Source: Camelus ferus
Lineage: Eukaryota
Reading direction: 5' to 3'
Length of the DNA stretch: 64,000 nucleotides
Assembly: GCF_009834535.1 (NCBI RefSeq)
Contig: NC_045696.1
Coordinates: 33,668,001-33,732,000, forward strand
Part shown: piece after piece, positions 13,641 to 25,750 of the stretch
Position numbering within the stretch: position 1 is the stretch's first letter
Layout of the letters: every line of letters begins with the position of its first letter
Notes under the pieces: generated by a model
Databases searched by the model: none
The model's input: only the letters and a program-made list of their open reading frames with translations
Told to the model about the DNA's origin: nothing
Made by a program: the position numbers and the translations under genes

Positions 13641-14019
13641 ACTGAAGAATACTGAGTTTTAATATAAACATCTTCTTAAAATCACTGGGAAAAAAAAAAA
13701 CAACAAACCTCCCATTATTTTTCTGCCCTGCCCTTGGTAAGATAAAGAGCTATATAGAATGAAAAATCACACTCATCTCCACATTAAATCTCCCTTCTCC
13801 TAACACTATAAGTTTTAAATCCATAGTTAAGTTAAAAAAAAAAAAGATGTGAATGATGGAAGGAAGAGATAGAAAGACATGGAAAAAAGAAAAGAGGAAG
13901 GGCTATGGGGAAAAGGATATCTTTTATTCTATTCTAGAAGAGAACACTTTCCCCTTAACCTAAAATAACTAAGTTAAATTACAGCAGCACAAATATATAT
14001 AGAACATATGGAAAGTTTA

Positions 14020-14110
14020 CATATAAAAATTAAATTGTTAACAGGTATATATGAAAGGTATGACCGCAAAAGAAATAAACATAAGCACTATAAGAAGTAT
14101 TTAACAGGTA
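14020..14110 (+). repeat. Direct repeat copy 1 (~90 bp) flanking the L1 5' end
   Basis: Aligns by hand at about 80% identity to 16409-16497. Confidence 0.85.
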
Positions 14111-14839
14111 AATACAATTTGAAAGTTTTGGAAGGCCTAGCCAGAGCAATTAGGCAAGAAAAACAAATAAAGGCATCCAAATTGGAAAGGAAGAAGTAAA
14201 ACTGTCACTCTTTGCAGAGGACGTAATATTAACTGTTAAAACTAATAAATGAATTCAGTAAAGTGGTAGGATGCAAAATCAGTATAAAAACTCTGGTGTG
14301 CTTCTATACACTAACAACAAACTATTAGAAAGAGAAATTAAGAAAATAATTTCATTTATAATTACATCCAAAAGAATAAAATACTCTGGAATAAATTTAA
14401 CCAAGGAGGTAAAACACCTGTATTCTAAAAAACTATCAGATATTATAGAAATAAATTGAAGAAGACACAAATAAATGGAAAGATAGCGCAAGTTTGGGGA
14501 TTGGAAGAATTAATGCTGTTAAAATATATAAAAAATGTCTATACTACCCAAAGCAATCTACAGATTCAATGCAAAAAATCAAAATTCCAATGGCATTTTT
14601 TCACAGAACTTAAAAAAAAAATCCTAAAACCTGTGTGGAGGAGCCGCAAAAGACCCCAAGTAGATAAAGCAGTCTTGAGAAAGAAAAACAAACCTGTAGA
14701 TATCACACTCCCTGATTTCAAACTATACTGCAGACTTACAGTCATCAAAACAATATACTGCTGGCATAAAAACAGAGACATAGATCAATGGAACAAAATA
14801 GACAGTCCAAAAATAAACTGGTATCTATATATGTGTGTA

Positions 14840-14872
<33 letters not shown>

Positions 14873-16408
14873 GTATATATAAAATCAGGAAAATTAAATT
14901 AAATTAAATTAAATTATGACAATGAAGCCAAGAATATACAATGAGGAAAGGATAGCCTCTTCAGTAAATGTTGTTGAAAAAAACTAGACAGCAACATGCA
15001 AAAAAGAATAAAACTGGTCCACTATCTTACACCATACACAAAAATTAACTCAAAACAAAAATTGAATGTAAAACCTGAAACCAGAAAAGTCCTAGAAGAA
15101 AACATAAAAAGAAGCGCCTTGGCATAGTCTTGGTGATGGTTTTTGTTTTTGTTTTTGTTTTTGTTTTTGTTTTTGGTTTTGTTTTTGTTTTGTATTTGAC
15201 ACCAAAAGTAAGGACAACAAAAGCAAAAATAAGTAAGTGGGACTACATTAAACCAAAAAGCTTCTCTACAGCAAAAGAAACTATCAACAACAGAAAAGAC
15301 AACATGCTGAAAGGTAGAAAATATTTTTAAATCATATATTTAATAAGGAGTTAACATCCAAAATATATAAAGAACTCATACAACTCAGCGAAAAACAATT
15401 CAACTTAAAAATGGGCACAGGGCCTGAATAGACATTTGTCCAAAGAAGACATACAGATGGCTTACAGGTACATGAAAAAGTGCTCAGTTTCATTAGTCAT
15501 CAGGGAAATATAAATCAAAACCATAAATAAGATATTACCTCACATCTGTTAAAGTAGTATTATCAGAAAGACAAGAGATTAAAAAAATGCTGGAAGAATG
15601 GAGAAAAAGGAACCCTTGGGCATGGTTGGTGGAAATGTAAATTAGTGCAGCCACTAGACAGTATGGAGTTTCCTCAAAAAATTAAAAATAGAACTACCAT
15701 ATGATCCAGCAATCCCACTTCTGGGTATTTACCTGAAGAAAGCAGAAACACTAACTCAAAAAGATTTATACACTCCAATGTTTATCGCAGCATTATTTAC
15801 AGTAACCAAGATATGGAAACAACCTAATTGTCCATCAACAAATGAATGGATAAAGAAGATATGGTGTATACACACACACAACACACACACACATACACAC
15901 ACACTAGAATATTATTCAGCAGAAAAGAGTAAAATCTTTTTGTGACAATATAGGTGCACCTTGAGTGCATTATACTAAGTGAAATAAGTCAGCCAAAAAA
16001 ATGATAAAACCTGAATCCTCTCACTTAAATGTGAAAAATGTGGAATCTAAAAAAGAAAAGAAAGAAAGAAAGGAAGGAAGCTTAGTTCATAGATACAGAG
16101 ATACATTGGTGTTTGCAAATGGATGAAAGAAGTCAAAAGGTACAAACTTCCACTTAGAAAATAAAAAAGTCATGGGGATGTCACGTACAACATGGTGATT
16201 GTAGTTAGCAGTACTGTACTGCATATTTGAAAGTTGCTAAGAGAACAGATCTTAAAAGTTCTTATCACAAGAAAAAAATTCTGAAGCTGTATACGGTAAC
16301 AGATACTCACCAGACTTACTGCAGTGATTATTTCTCAGTATATACAAGTATCAAGTCATTATGCTGTACATCTGAAACTAATACCATGCTGTATGTCAAT
16401 TATACCTT
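14111..16408 (+). mobile_element. 5'-truncated L1 (ORF2 C-terminal part plus L1MA9-like 3' UTR), decayed
   Basis: ORF2 remnants VLEGLARAIRQEKQIK and [10 protein letters not shown]…[13 protein letters not shown]. The 3' UTR (gaaagttgctaagagaacagatcttaaaagttc…gtcaattatacc) resembles L1MA9. Frameshifted, with internal (TG)n, (AAATT)n, (GTTTTT)n, (CA)n and (GAAA)n microsatellites. Confidence 0.93.
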
Positions 16409-16497
16409 CATATAAGAATTAAGTTGTCAACAGCTATACATAAAAAGTATGACCACAAAAAAATATGTAAGCATTATGACAAATATTTAAACAGGTA
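16409..16497 (+). repeat. Direct repeat copy 2 (~90 bp) flanking the L1 3' end
   Basis: catataagaattaagttgtcaacagctatacataaaaagtatgaccacaaaa… versus catataaaaattaaattgttaacaggtatatatgaaaggtatgaccgcaaaa…. Confidence 0.85.
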
Positions 16498-17563
16498 TCT
16501 ATAAAAGAAAAGATCTATCATTAAGATTGCAAATTCTCAAGAGTGTCTTTAAAGAATGAGAGGTAGTATACTATTTTCTAGGAATACTCGAAACTGAGCA
16601 TAGAGGTTCAAACCAAATCCTGTTTGAATCTTGATTCCAACACTGTGCTCCGGTAGTGGGACTTTGGACAGTTATTTGCACCTTCCCATCCTTGGTATCG
16701 ATATCTATCAAACGTAGATTATACTATTTACTTCTCTAATGAATCTGTTGCTTACTAGCCTGGTGGCCACATAACAAAGTCAACTTAAATATTCCCAGTT
16801 TCTGAGCCATCTCTAAGTATCGTCTCTTTTGAGGACATAATGCATTTAAAGTACTTGCAGATAGTAGTCATTCAATAAATACCAACAAATAATTACTATA
16901 AAGGATTATTATAAAAGTTCTCAGTAACACACAAAGATATTTACATGTGGATACTATCATTTTAATCCTTTTAACACCCTAGGATTTTTAGCTCTATCAA
17001 ATTAATCTAAAGTATTTATGTTTTCCTCAAAAACTGATAAAAGTTAAATGAAGATGAAGAATTTTCTACAGATTCTATTACTTTTTATGGGAAAAGGATA
17101 AACATAGCTAACTCAAGATTCACATTTTCCATAGAAGTCAAGTCATAGCACTACCATATCTAAATGTTGGTCAGTGTATCTAAACATCCACAAGTAACAA
17201 CACAAGCAGAATGCAACTAAAATACAAGTAAGTCAGCCATCTATGTGTAGGCCCTGAACATTGTTTTTCTGAAATCCCAAGAAGATGATAATGTCCTAAC
17301 AAATATCCTTTTATCTTCCTATTATCTGAAATTCCAAATTTTTGTGCTTCTTTAAGTTTAAAGCTATGACCCCTCTTACCATATTCAAATCCAAAAACAT
17401 ACTTTTTAATGTAATCACTGCCATTTCATATTAATTCTCACTTACAATCATGATTTTGACCAACTGCTTCCCTTAACACAGCCAGACTTATAATCCAGGT
17501 GACTTTTCCACTTCTCTTTGGCTGTGTAATTAAAATCCAAATTTAAGCTCATTTGAAATGATT

Positions 17564-17694
17564 TTTTAGGTGGGGGGCAGTAATTAGGTTTGTTTATTTA
17601 TTTATTTAGTTTTAATGGAAGTACTGGGGATTGAACCCTGAGCCTCATGCATGCTAAGCACGTGCTCTACCACTGAACTATATCCACCCCCTCC
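17564..17694 (-). mobile_element. Camelid tRNA-Ala-derived SINE (vic-1 type)
   Basis: Minus strand reads ggagggggtggatatagttcagtggtagagcacgtgcttagcatgcatgaggctcagggttcaatccccagtacttcca, with A/B boxes and a (TAAA)n tail. Perfect 11-bp TSD ttgaaatgatt at 17553-17563 / 17695-17705. Confidence 0.92.
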
Positions 17695-18629
17695 TTGAAA
17701 TGATTAAAGAGCAGTGATACTGCTCAAAATATGAACTAAGTGCCTTTATTTTATTTTTGTTATGTTTATTATCATATTTTATAAGTAAATAGGTATATTT
17801 TACAAATCTTGAAAAATACAAGTCAAGGAAGAAAATCAGCATCATCTTTCACTCAGAGATACCCTACGCAAAAAGCAGCAAAGAATTCATACCCTGCTAT
17901 TTTCATATATCATAAGTATTTTCCTTGATGACTATGTATTTTTATAAGTAACTGTTCTAGTGAATGTGTAATATGCATTTACACACTTGTGCTATAATTC
18001 TTTTCAGCAATCCCTATTGTTGATGCCACTTTTTCAGCATGACAATAAATATATTTATAAATAAACATGAGAATTTATGTATTACTTTAAAATAGTTTCG
18101 TAAGAGGGGTATTCCTGATTCAAAGTTAATAAATCATCTACTTTTGCTAAGTACTTTATTTAGCTCTCCAGGAAGATCATACTAGTTACTTTTAAATAAG
18201 ACCACTGTTCAAAATCTTTCCAGTAACATTTACTTTTCATTTAATGGAAATATAACTAATTCACATTTATTGCAGAAAATTTAGAAAATATGGGAAACAA
18301 TGAAAAGTTCTACTGAAAACTTTGGTCATTCACAATGAATAGTTGTTCTGGTTTTCACCAGCAGTGTTTTGTATATATTACACATATATTTTTTAAAGAA
18401 CAATACAGAACATATTATTTTGAGTTCTACTTTCTTTTTCTCTTTACATTGTATCATAAACATTTTCCATGTTCAATTCCCTTTTTTCCTTCCCCATCCC
18501 AATAGTCACCATTATATACAGTTGCTTTATCAGAAATTCAGAGGAATTATGCCAAACACAACTTTCTCTTCCGTCCAATATCAACAACTTACCAAGCCCT
18601 CAATTGTCCAGCTCTGGAATAAGTCTTAC

Positions 18630-19161
18630 TATAACAGAGGAGAACAAGTCTGACTCTGTATTGGATCTGTTCCTTTAGTTTTGACCACTGTGCCCTGTTT
18701 TCCAGGCTCAGTCTTGCCAGCTCTGCACCTTTTGTAAATCAGTGTTGCCTCTGGCCTGAAATATACAAGAAAGCCTATCTCGGGGCTCTGATCTTTAAGG
18801 ATGTTAGCACTTCTGCACTTACATAGAGATGGCAAGTTGCAAAATAGAGAATAACCTTTGTTTTGTTGGAGGTTTACAGGGACACCATGGCCTAACCCAC
18901 ATGGATGGCTGCAAGAACAAAGAATTCCTGCAGCAACAAGTTTGCAACAACCAACCACACCCCCTCCTCTGTTTTGTTTTTTATATATATAAAAGGAGCC
19001 TGTATTCTGACTGGAGCAGGATGGTTCTCCAAGACATTAGTCTGCCATCCTCTTGGTCTGCGAGCTTTCTGAATAAAGTCACTATTCCTTGCCCCAACAC
19101 CTCATCTTTCGATTTGCTGGCCTGTCATGCGGCAAGCAGAACGAGTTTGGACTCAGTAACG
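18630..19161 (+). mobile_element. MER41-like ERV1 solo LTR (copy 2)
   Basis: Homologous to 6401-6903 along its length. AATAAA at 19072-19077, end ggactcagtaacg, TSD ttac/ttat. Confidence 0.8.
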
Positions 19162-19546
19162 TTATGAACTTCAGCTCCACTCCCCCTCCCCCAGCCATAT
19201 TTCCACTGTTACTGTCACTTGTGTTACTGCAAGTATCCCTTACCAGGTCTTCCCACCTCCATCCAATCCAGCCATTTTATATCCCATATTCCAGGATGCT
19301 GGAGAATCTTCTTTCCAAAGTTGAGATAAAACCCTGTCATTCCAATGATTACAATGATTCCCTGAAGATAAAATACTGTTTTCTCAATGCAACATTGTTC
19401 CATTCACATCTTTAGCTTCCTTTATCTCTTAACATTAACCCAGCTGTGAATTGCCCTCAGGAAATGCCAACCCACTTGTTCTTCCCTGACAGTGTTGCTC
19501 TCCTTGAGTATGTAAATTCCATATTAAAAGCCTCCTGTAGGGACTA

Positions 19547-19770
19547 AGAGCAGGGGCTTTGGAGATCCAGTGTATTATTTGAGTCCTGGCTGTGACTGCT
19601 ACTGACCTTGGGCAATTCACTTAACTTTTCTGTACCTCAGTTTCCTCACTTGTACGGTTGGAATAGTAACAATGCTGACCCACGGGATAGTTAGGAGCAT
19701 TGCATGAGTTCCTATTTGTAATGTGCTTGGAACAGTAACGCCCGCAAGTGAGCGCTACATAAGTGTCCAT
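19547..19770 (+). mobile_element. MIR SINE, near full length
   Basis: tgaccttgggcaattcacttaacttttctgtacctcagtttcctcacttgta… is the MIR core. Confidence 0.85.
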
Positions 19771-22607
19771 TACAGGAAGGCTTTCGTGTTGCCTGTTACA
19801 ATGCTTAGCTTGCACAGCCTGCTTAACTTTGAGATCTCTCCAAAAGAGATCAAAAACTAGACTGAGATGCCTGTCTCACTTCTTTGCCCTTCGTCCTATC
19901 ACTTTGCGCAGTGTTGAAATTGTCTACATTTGTGACTCCCAAAATAGTCAGTTGTCTGAGAGAAGCAGTTGTCTGCCTCCCTTCATTGCCAGCATCTAGC
20001 ACGAAGCCTATGCAATGCCCTGCTGGTTGTGGTTCATCAGTATCCTCTGTGCTAATGAACTGGCGGTTTTGATTAAGGTCTTGATTGTCTCTTGTTCTTT
20101 TCATATGCACTATGTTTTCAAGACCCTAGTTAAATTAAAAAATATATATTTTAAGGACCAAGCTTACATTACAATAGATTACAAGCGTGCAATCTAATTT
20201 TAAAAAGAGATCGAGTCAAAATTCACTTTTATCTGGTATTTTACTGTATTATTTTCATGGAGTAAAACAAATAGCACATGCTACATAATACTTACAAATT
20301 AACAACCAACCAACCATATTTACTAAGATTATAGATTGTAACCATCAGAACTAAGCACGATGAGAAGATGTGAAAGAAAATGAAAGACATAGACTCTACT
20401 TTAGATGGTTGGGCTCTCTTGAGTTTCAGAGGGTATATCCACATGATTATTTAAGAATACTTGAAGACCTGTAACAGGCTATAATTCAGAGGCTAAGCAA
20501 AGCAGAACAACGTAGTGTCCATAGTTATAAAGAAGAGATAAATGAAACCGTAGGACAGAATCTCTTGGCTCAACAATAAAATATTTTAGATATGACTTTT
20601 AATTCAGATTATATAGGCAGACAATTGTACAAGGATTTGAAGACAGAAGGCTAAAAACGGCTATAAGAGATGAATAGCACACTTAGTCAAGAAAGTAGCG
20701 ATAAGACAGATGAACTGAAAAGAAGCTTTTTGGAGGATGTAAAGCAGTTGGCAAATGCTCTTTGCCTGATGTTCTATTGTGAAATGAAATAGGTGAGTAT
20801 ATTACAAAGGCTGGAAGTCTCTTTCTACACAAGACTTTAAGGTCAGTGAGGTAAAACCACTTTGCTTAGATGTTTAGAAGATGTTATAAACATATAGATA
20901 TTCTTGTAATACTACTAATGTTATTATAAAGTTTATAACAACAATAATAATAGTAAATAATAACATAATAATAATATACAATCAATGGTAATGAAGATTA
21001 TCATTATATTAATAGACTAGAGGAAGCAAGAATAAAGACAAAAATAGATATTCTGGATAATGTTATTTAAATACTTAAAAGACTGAACACTTGGGTACCT
21101 CACATGAACTATACCAAAGAATATACTACTGCTTTCCTAAAAAAAAAAAAAAAAAAGCTTCAAAGGCAAACAAATAATTTCCAAAGTCTTTCTGGTCTCC
21201 AAGTTGCTCTTACACAAGAGGAATTTGATGAGTTAAGTGTAAATGCATAAGGAACATGTGGATTGCATTTTCTTTAAAAATGCACAAGGGTTTAAAAATT
21301 AAGGAGAAAAAGCATTTGGCACAATGCATTTTTCATGAAGCCAAACTAAAAACATTTGAGACAGTTTTAGATTGTGGTATGACCTTCAACATTATTGTGT
21401 TTATGTCTATTAACCTAAAAATAAACAAAAGCTTTCAGTAGGAGAACTGAAGCAATAAAATGTAAACCAAGGTATGGATTTGAACAATAATTTCTTAAGG
21501 ATTTTACTTATTTATTTTTTTTAATAATCTCCTATCCAGAGATGTTCAAGCAAATGCCCGCCATATGTGTCATACTCTGTGTCTATTCCATTATTTCTTC
21601 ATAATGTTTCTGGTTCACGTACTAGAGGAGACAACAGCTGAATATATGCAAGAAAAATGTCAACCCTCCCTTAGTGGTAGGATCATCTTACCACAACTTG
21701 TATTCTTCAAATGGTTCAAATGTATTCTCAATTTGAGTCATTTTTTAATACTTTTGACCTGTGATTTATTTCAATCTCTGCCTATACGTTTGTTGGAAAG
21801 ACACTTTCTGAGATGATACTTTGTTCCTGCAAATAGGCAAGAACTGTTATAAAACCTGAAAAGCTGGATTATTTTGAGGTATCCTGGTGGGTAAGTCAAG
21901 ATGATGAAACACACACTGATAGGCAGTGTCCATCTTGACAGTCTGCAACAAGTGGAAAGAATAATTATGTGAGAATACCAAAAAGTTGGTGTTTTTATTT
22001 TTGTTGTTTGCTGCTGGCTCACCTGGTGTTTCTATTCAAGCAGGACTTTTCAGTGATTTGGGGGTCACTGCTTTGTTCTTCAGTTATTGATATTGTGATG
22101 AGCATTTTGCTATTCCTCAAATTCTCCCAATCATCATGAATTGCTGTCATCAACTTCATCCCTTTCATACCAAGCACAAAGTTTCATCAGTTATTTATTT
22201 GTACCTTTCTTCAAAGTCATCCTTTCTTTTTTCTTTCTGTTGTCAGCTTCCAAAGGGAGGCCCTTATCTCTCTCTCTCTGAACTGCAGTTACAAAAAGGA
22301 AGAAATCAGCAGTCTCTCTTCTGCTTCAAGTGTGAGCCGATAGCCTGCTGGCAGCAACCTGGGGGATGGACATTAACTCTGTGTTTCTGGTTTGCTTTGC
22401 TGATACTGTTTATTCTACCACTTTTCTACTTAATAATCTTGGAAAACACCCCATTGCTCAAAAGTTAAAATCCTAACCCAGAATACTAGAAAGCAGTATT
22501 TACTCAATAAATATTTGTTGAAAGAATGAAAGCATTCCTCTCATTTATAGTTGTCTAAAATCCATCTCCAAACCACTTCTACCACTTTTTGAAGCAGAAA
22601 AACTCTC

Positions 22608-23200
22608 TGTGGTAGGCGGAAAGGCTTTCCAAAGATGTCCATCCCCTAGTTATTGTAGCATAGTAGTATGCTATGCTACATGGCAAAAGAAAGTTTATAG
22701 AAATAATTAAGGTTACAGACTTTAAAATAGGGAGTGTAGAATGGATTATTCAGGTGTGTTCCGCCTAATCCCATAAGCACTTAAAAGCAAACACTTTTTT
22801 CTGACGAGAGGCAGAAAAAAAAATGTTGCAAAAGGGAAAATCAGAGAGAGTTTCCAAGCATGAGCCAATCTGATGTGTCTTGCTGACTCTGAAATGCAGG
22901 GACCCCCAGGGAAGGACCTAAGTGGCCACTAGGAAGCTAATGACAGCCCCCAGGAGACAGCCAGCAAGAAAATGCAGACCTCAGTTTTACAACCACAAGA
23001 AACTGGATTCTTCCAAAAGCCTGAATGATTTTGGAAGCAGATTTATTCCAGGCTTTCTTTATTATACCAACATCTTTATTCTAGAGCAGAGAAACAGCGC
23101 AGTAACTAGTCCAAGCCAGCAGAATTGTAAGACAATACATTTGTGTTATTTTGAGCTAAGTTTTTGGTAATTTGTTACAGCAGCAATAGAAAACTAATAC
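22608..23200 (+). mobile_element. MaLR MLT1D/E-type LTR
   Basis: Starts tgtggtaggc and ends ggtaatttgttacagcagcaatagaaaactaatac, the canonical MLT1 end. Confidence 0.88.
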
Positions 23201-23519
23201 TCTTTCCAATATATCATCCTTGAGTTAACCCATGTGTGTCATTGCCTCTTCACCTCTGACTGGCACACTACTTACTTATGACAGTAACACACCTTTTACA
23301 TCACTTCCCAACCCAGCACTAATCCAAAGAAAAAAATTGCATTGGGTCCCTCACAGCAAAATATTTCAATTAGTTACAGTTTGTAAAAGATATACTTAGA
23401 AGAATCTCTTTGGTTTGACTGAAAAGAACAATACACCATTTGGATCACTTGCTGTTATGTATAAGACTGTCCTGTTTGATTTATGACTATAGGCATTTAG
23501 GGGGAAAAAAAGACATTTT

Positions 23520-23740
23520 AAACCAGTGCTTAGCAAACTGAAATAAGTATGTATAGTAACCTTGAGATTCTATTAAAATGGAGATTCTGATTCAGTCAGT
23601 CTAGGGTGGGACTGGAGATTCTTCATGTCCTGTGAGCTTTAATTACATTCTGTTACTTACTTCTTATGTGACCTTAGGTAAATTATTTCAGAATCTGAAT
23701 CTAAATTTTCTTATCTGTGAAATGGATATAGTGAGTAAAA
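23520..23740. mobile_element. MER5-type MITE followed by an MIR fragment
   Basis: ttaaaatggagattctgattcagtcagtctagggtgggactggagattc (MER5); tgtgaccttaggtaaattattt…atctgtgaaatgg (MIR). Confidence 0.65.
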
Positions 23741-24519
23741 CTCTGGTCATGGATATAAGGGAAAGGCTTCTTTTTTGTGCCCTGGGACACGTCCCCTAGA
23801 CCCACTCTAACCTAAGCTGCATTGTTCAGGGACAGAGTTCATCTACCTTTATCTTATCCCATATGAAACACCAGCCATATTTCTCTGCTTTCCTGTTATT
23901 GCAACTCAGACAGCATCTGCAAAGCAGCCCAGAAATGCAGAGAGTTAATGCCCTTGGATGAACTTACCAATCAGTGGAGCTTGGGGTGGTGATCAAGGTC
24001 CCAGGCTCTGACTGTTTATTCACAAGCGCACTGGACAACTCTTTAGAGGGACTGACGTCCACAATAGGGTTAAGTGCCAGTTGTTCTCAGGGGGAACAAT
24101 TGTTTTTCCTTTCCTGTGTCACTTTCCCCATCCCTTCATTTCTATTTCTGGGTATTACCTTCCAAATAAGCTACCTTTTAGTAAGCCTTTGCCTCAAGTT
24201 CTGCTTTTGGCACCACAATCCCTAATGTTTTCTCCTGTTTTGGTGGGGGGACGAGGGGCAGGAGAGAGAGAAAACACTGGCTTATGGAGTAACTCTAATA
24301 CTTGAACTGTTTGGGGACAATGGTCATTTAAAAAACCATAGAACTTGCTGACTTTTTATTTGCTTATTTATGTTTGTGGGTGTGTGTGTATTTATGCATG
24401 TATGTATGTTGGAAACCTTGGAGAAAGAGAATGACAGCTGAAGTTAGCACCTAGTAACTCAAGGGGTGTAGGGAAAGCCAGAAGGCCTTCATAGAAATTT
24501 TTAAAGACCTCCATTTCTT

Positions 24520-24801
24520 TCTTTTTTTTTTTTTTAATGAAGTATAGTCAATTTACAATGCTGTGTTAATTGTTGGTGTACTGCATAGTGATTCATTTAT
24601 ACATATATATATATTCCTTTTCATATTCTCTCATCATAGGCCATTATGAAGTATTGAATATAGTTCCCTGTGCTATATAGTAGGATCTTGTTTATCTATT
24701 TTATATATAGTAGTCAGTATCTACAAATCCCAAGCTCCAAATTTATCCCACCCCTCCCTCTTCCCCCTCTGGTAACCACAAGTTTGTCTTCTGTCTGTGA
24801 G
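24520..24801 (-). mobile_element. Short L1 3' end (cetartiodactyl/camelid type) inserted in the ERV-L
   Basis: Poly(T) then aatgaagtatagtcaatttacaatg…. 19-bp TSD ttaaagacctYcatttctt at 24501-24519 / 24802-24820. Confidence 0.9.
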
Positions 24802-25399
24802 TTAAAGACCTTCATTTCTTATAGCAAGGAGTAAACTTTGCTGAAATTCAAGCCCAGGATTTAATGGTAAAGGTGGCAAAACTGCAAAGGAGAGTTATGG
24901 TTGGGGTCAGCAGGTCTTCTCTGCTGAAATTATGGTGAAGCCGCAGAATAAGCAGGAGCCTGAAGTCTGGAATGGCCATACCTGGCATACCTCAGAAGTC
25001 ATGCGTTAGTGAGAAGAACGCTTGCATCTTCGACAAGTTCAGTGTGGCTGTCCTCTGCAGGACAGACTTAGCAGGAGGGGATGATACCATGAGAGAGAGA
25101 GGCCCCTGGTGTCAATGAATGTGACAGGGTTCCAGAACAGCAAAGACTAGGTGGTGGCACATACCAACAGACGTGAGGTCAATATAATTACTGCAAAGCA
25201 CAGCAAGAGGTCCCCAACTTACAGGGTTCCGGGATGGCTGTGAGAGACTGTGATGTGTCGAGGAGTGAGATAAATGAGCAACCAACAAGGGTGCTGCTTG
25301 ATACAAATTAAAAAAAAAATAGCCTCATAAAAGCTCAGCCAAGATGCCAACATGGAGAAGACACCGTATGTGGTTAGTTAGGACACTGCCTTCTATGAT

Positions 25400-25750
25400 G
25401 CAATATTCATATTTAATCAACAGGAATTATATGATGCCTGTACCCAGTGCTAGAATACACAGGCATGGGAATCAAATGTTGAAGGAAGGATTAACCATTG
25501 TCACCATGCCTCTCAATGGCCCACTGAGGAGTTTAGGCTTCTCATTCCTTCAACTTTAAATTCTATAGGATTCAAGGTCTTTAACCCCAGCAGGGAAGTG
25601 TTTCTTCTAGAGGGTCAACTAAGGAGTCCTCCAAACCTAAAGCTTCAGCTTTTGTCTAATTATTCTGGGCTCCTCATACCTGAAGACCAGCAAGTAAATA
25701 AAAGAGTTAGGAAATTGACAGCATTGTTGACTGTGATGATCACAGTTCTA
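25400..25750 (+). pseudogene. ERV-L integrase C-terminus and dUTPase remnants
   Basis: ARIHRHGNQ…TMPLNGPL and NLKLQLLSNYSGLLIPEDQQVNKRV resemble ERV-L ARIHGSRNQ…TPSDPL and NWKLRLPPGHFGLLLPLSQQAKKGV (recalled). Frameshifted. Confidence 0.7.

Noticed and set aside
14456..14902. Longest ORF in the track (148 aa)
   Set aside because: Frameshifted L1 ORF2 remnant running into a (TG)n microsatellite, not a host gene.
17610..17690. tRNA-Ala gene
   Set aside because: It has a SINE tail, a TSD and substitutions relative to tRNA-Ala, so it is a tRNA-derived SINE.
6401..19161. Single provirus bounded by the two MER41-like LTRs
   Set aside because: Each LTR has its own TSD, and the interval holds MIR, L2, L1 and unique DNA with no gag/pol/env.
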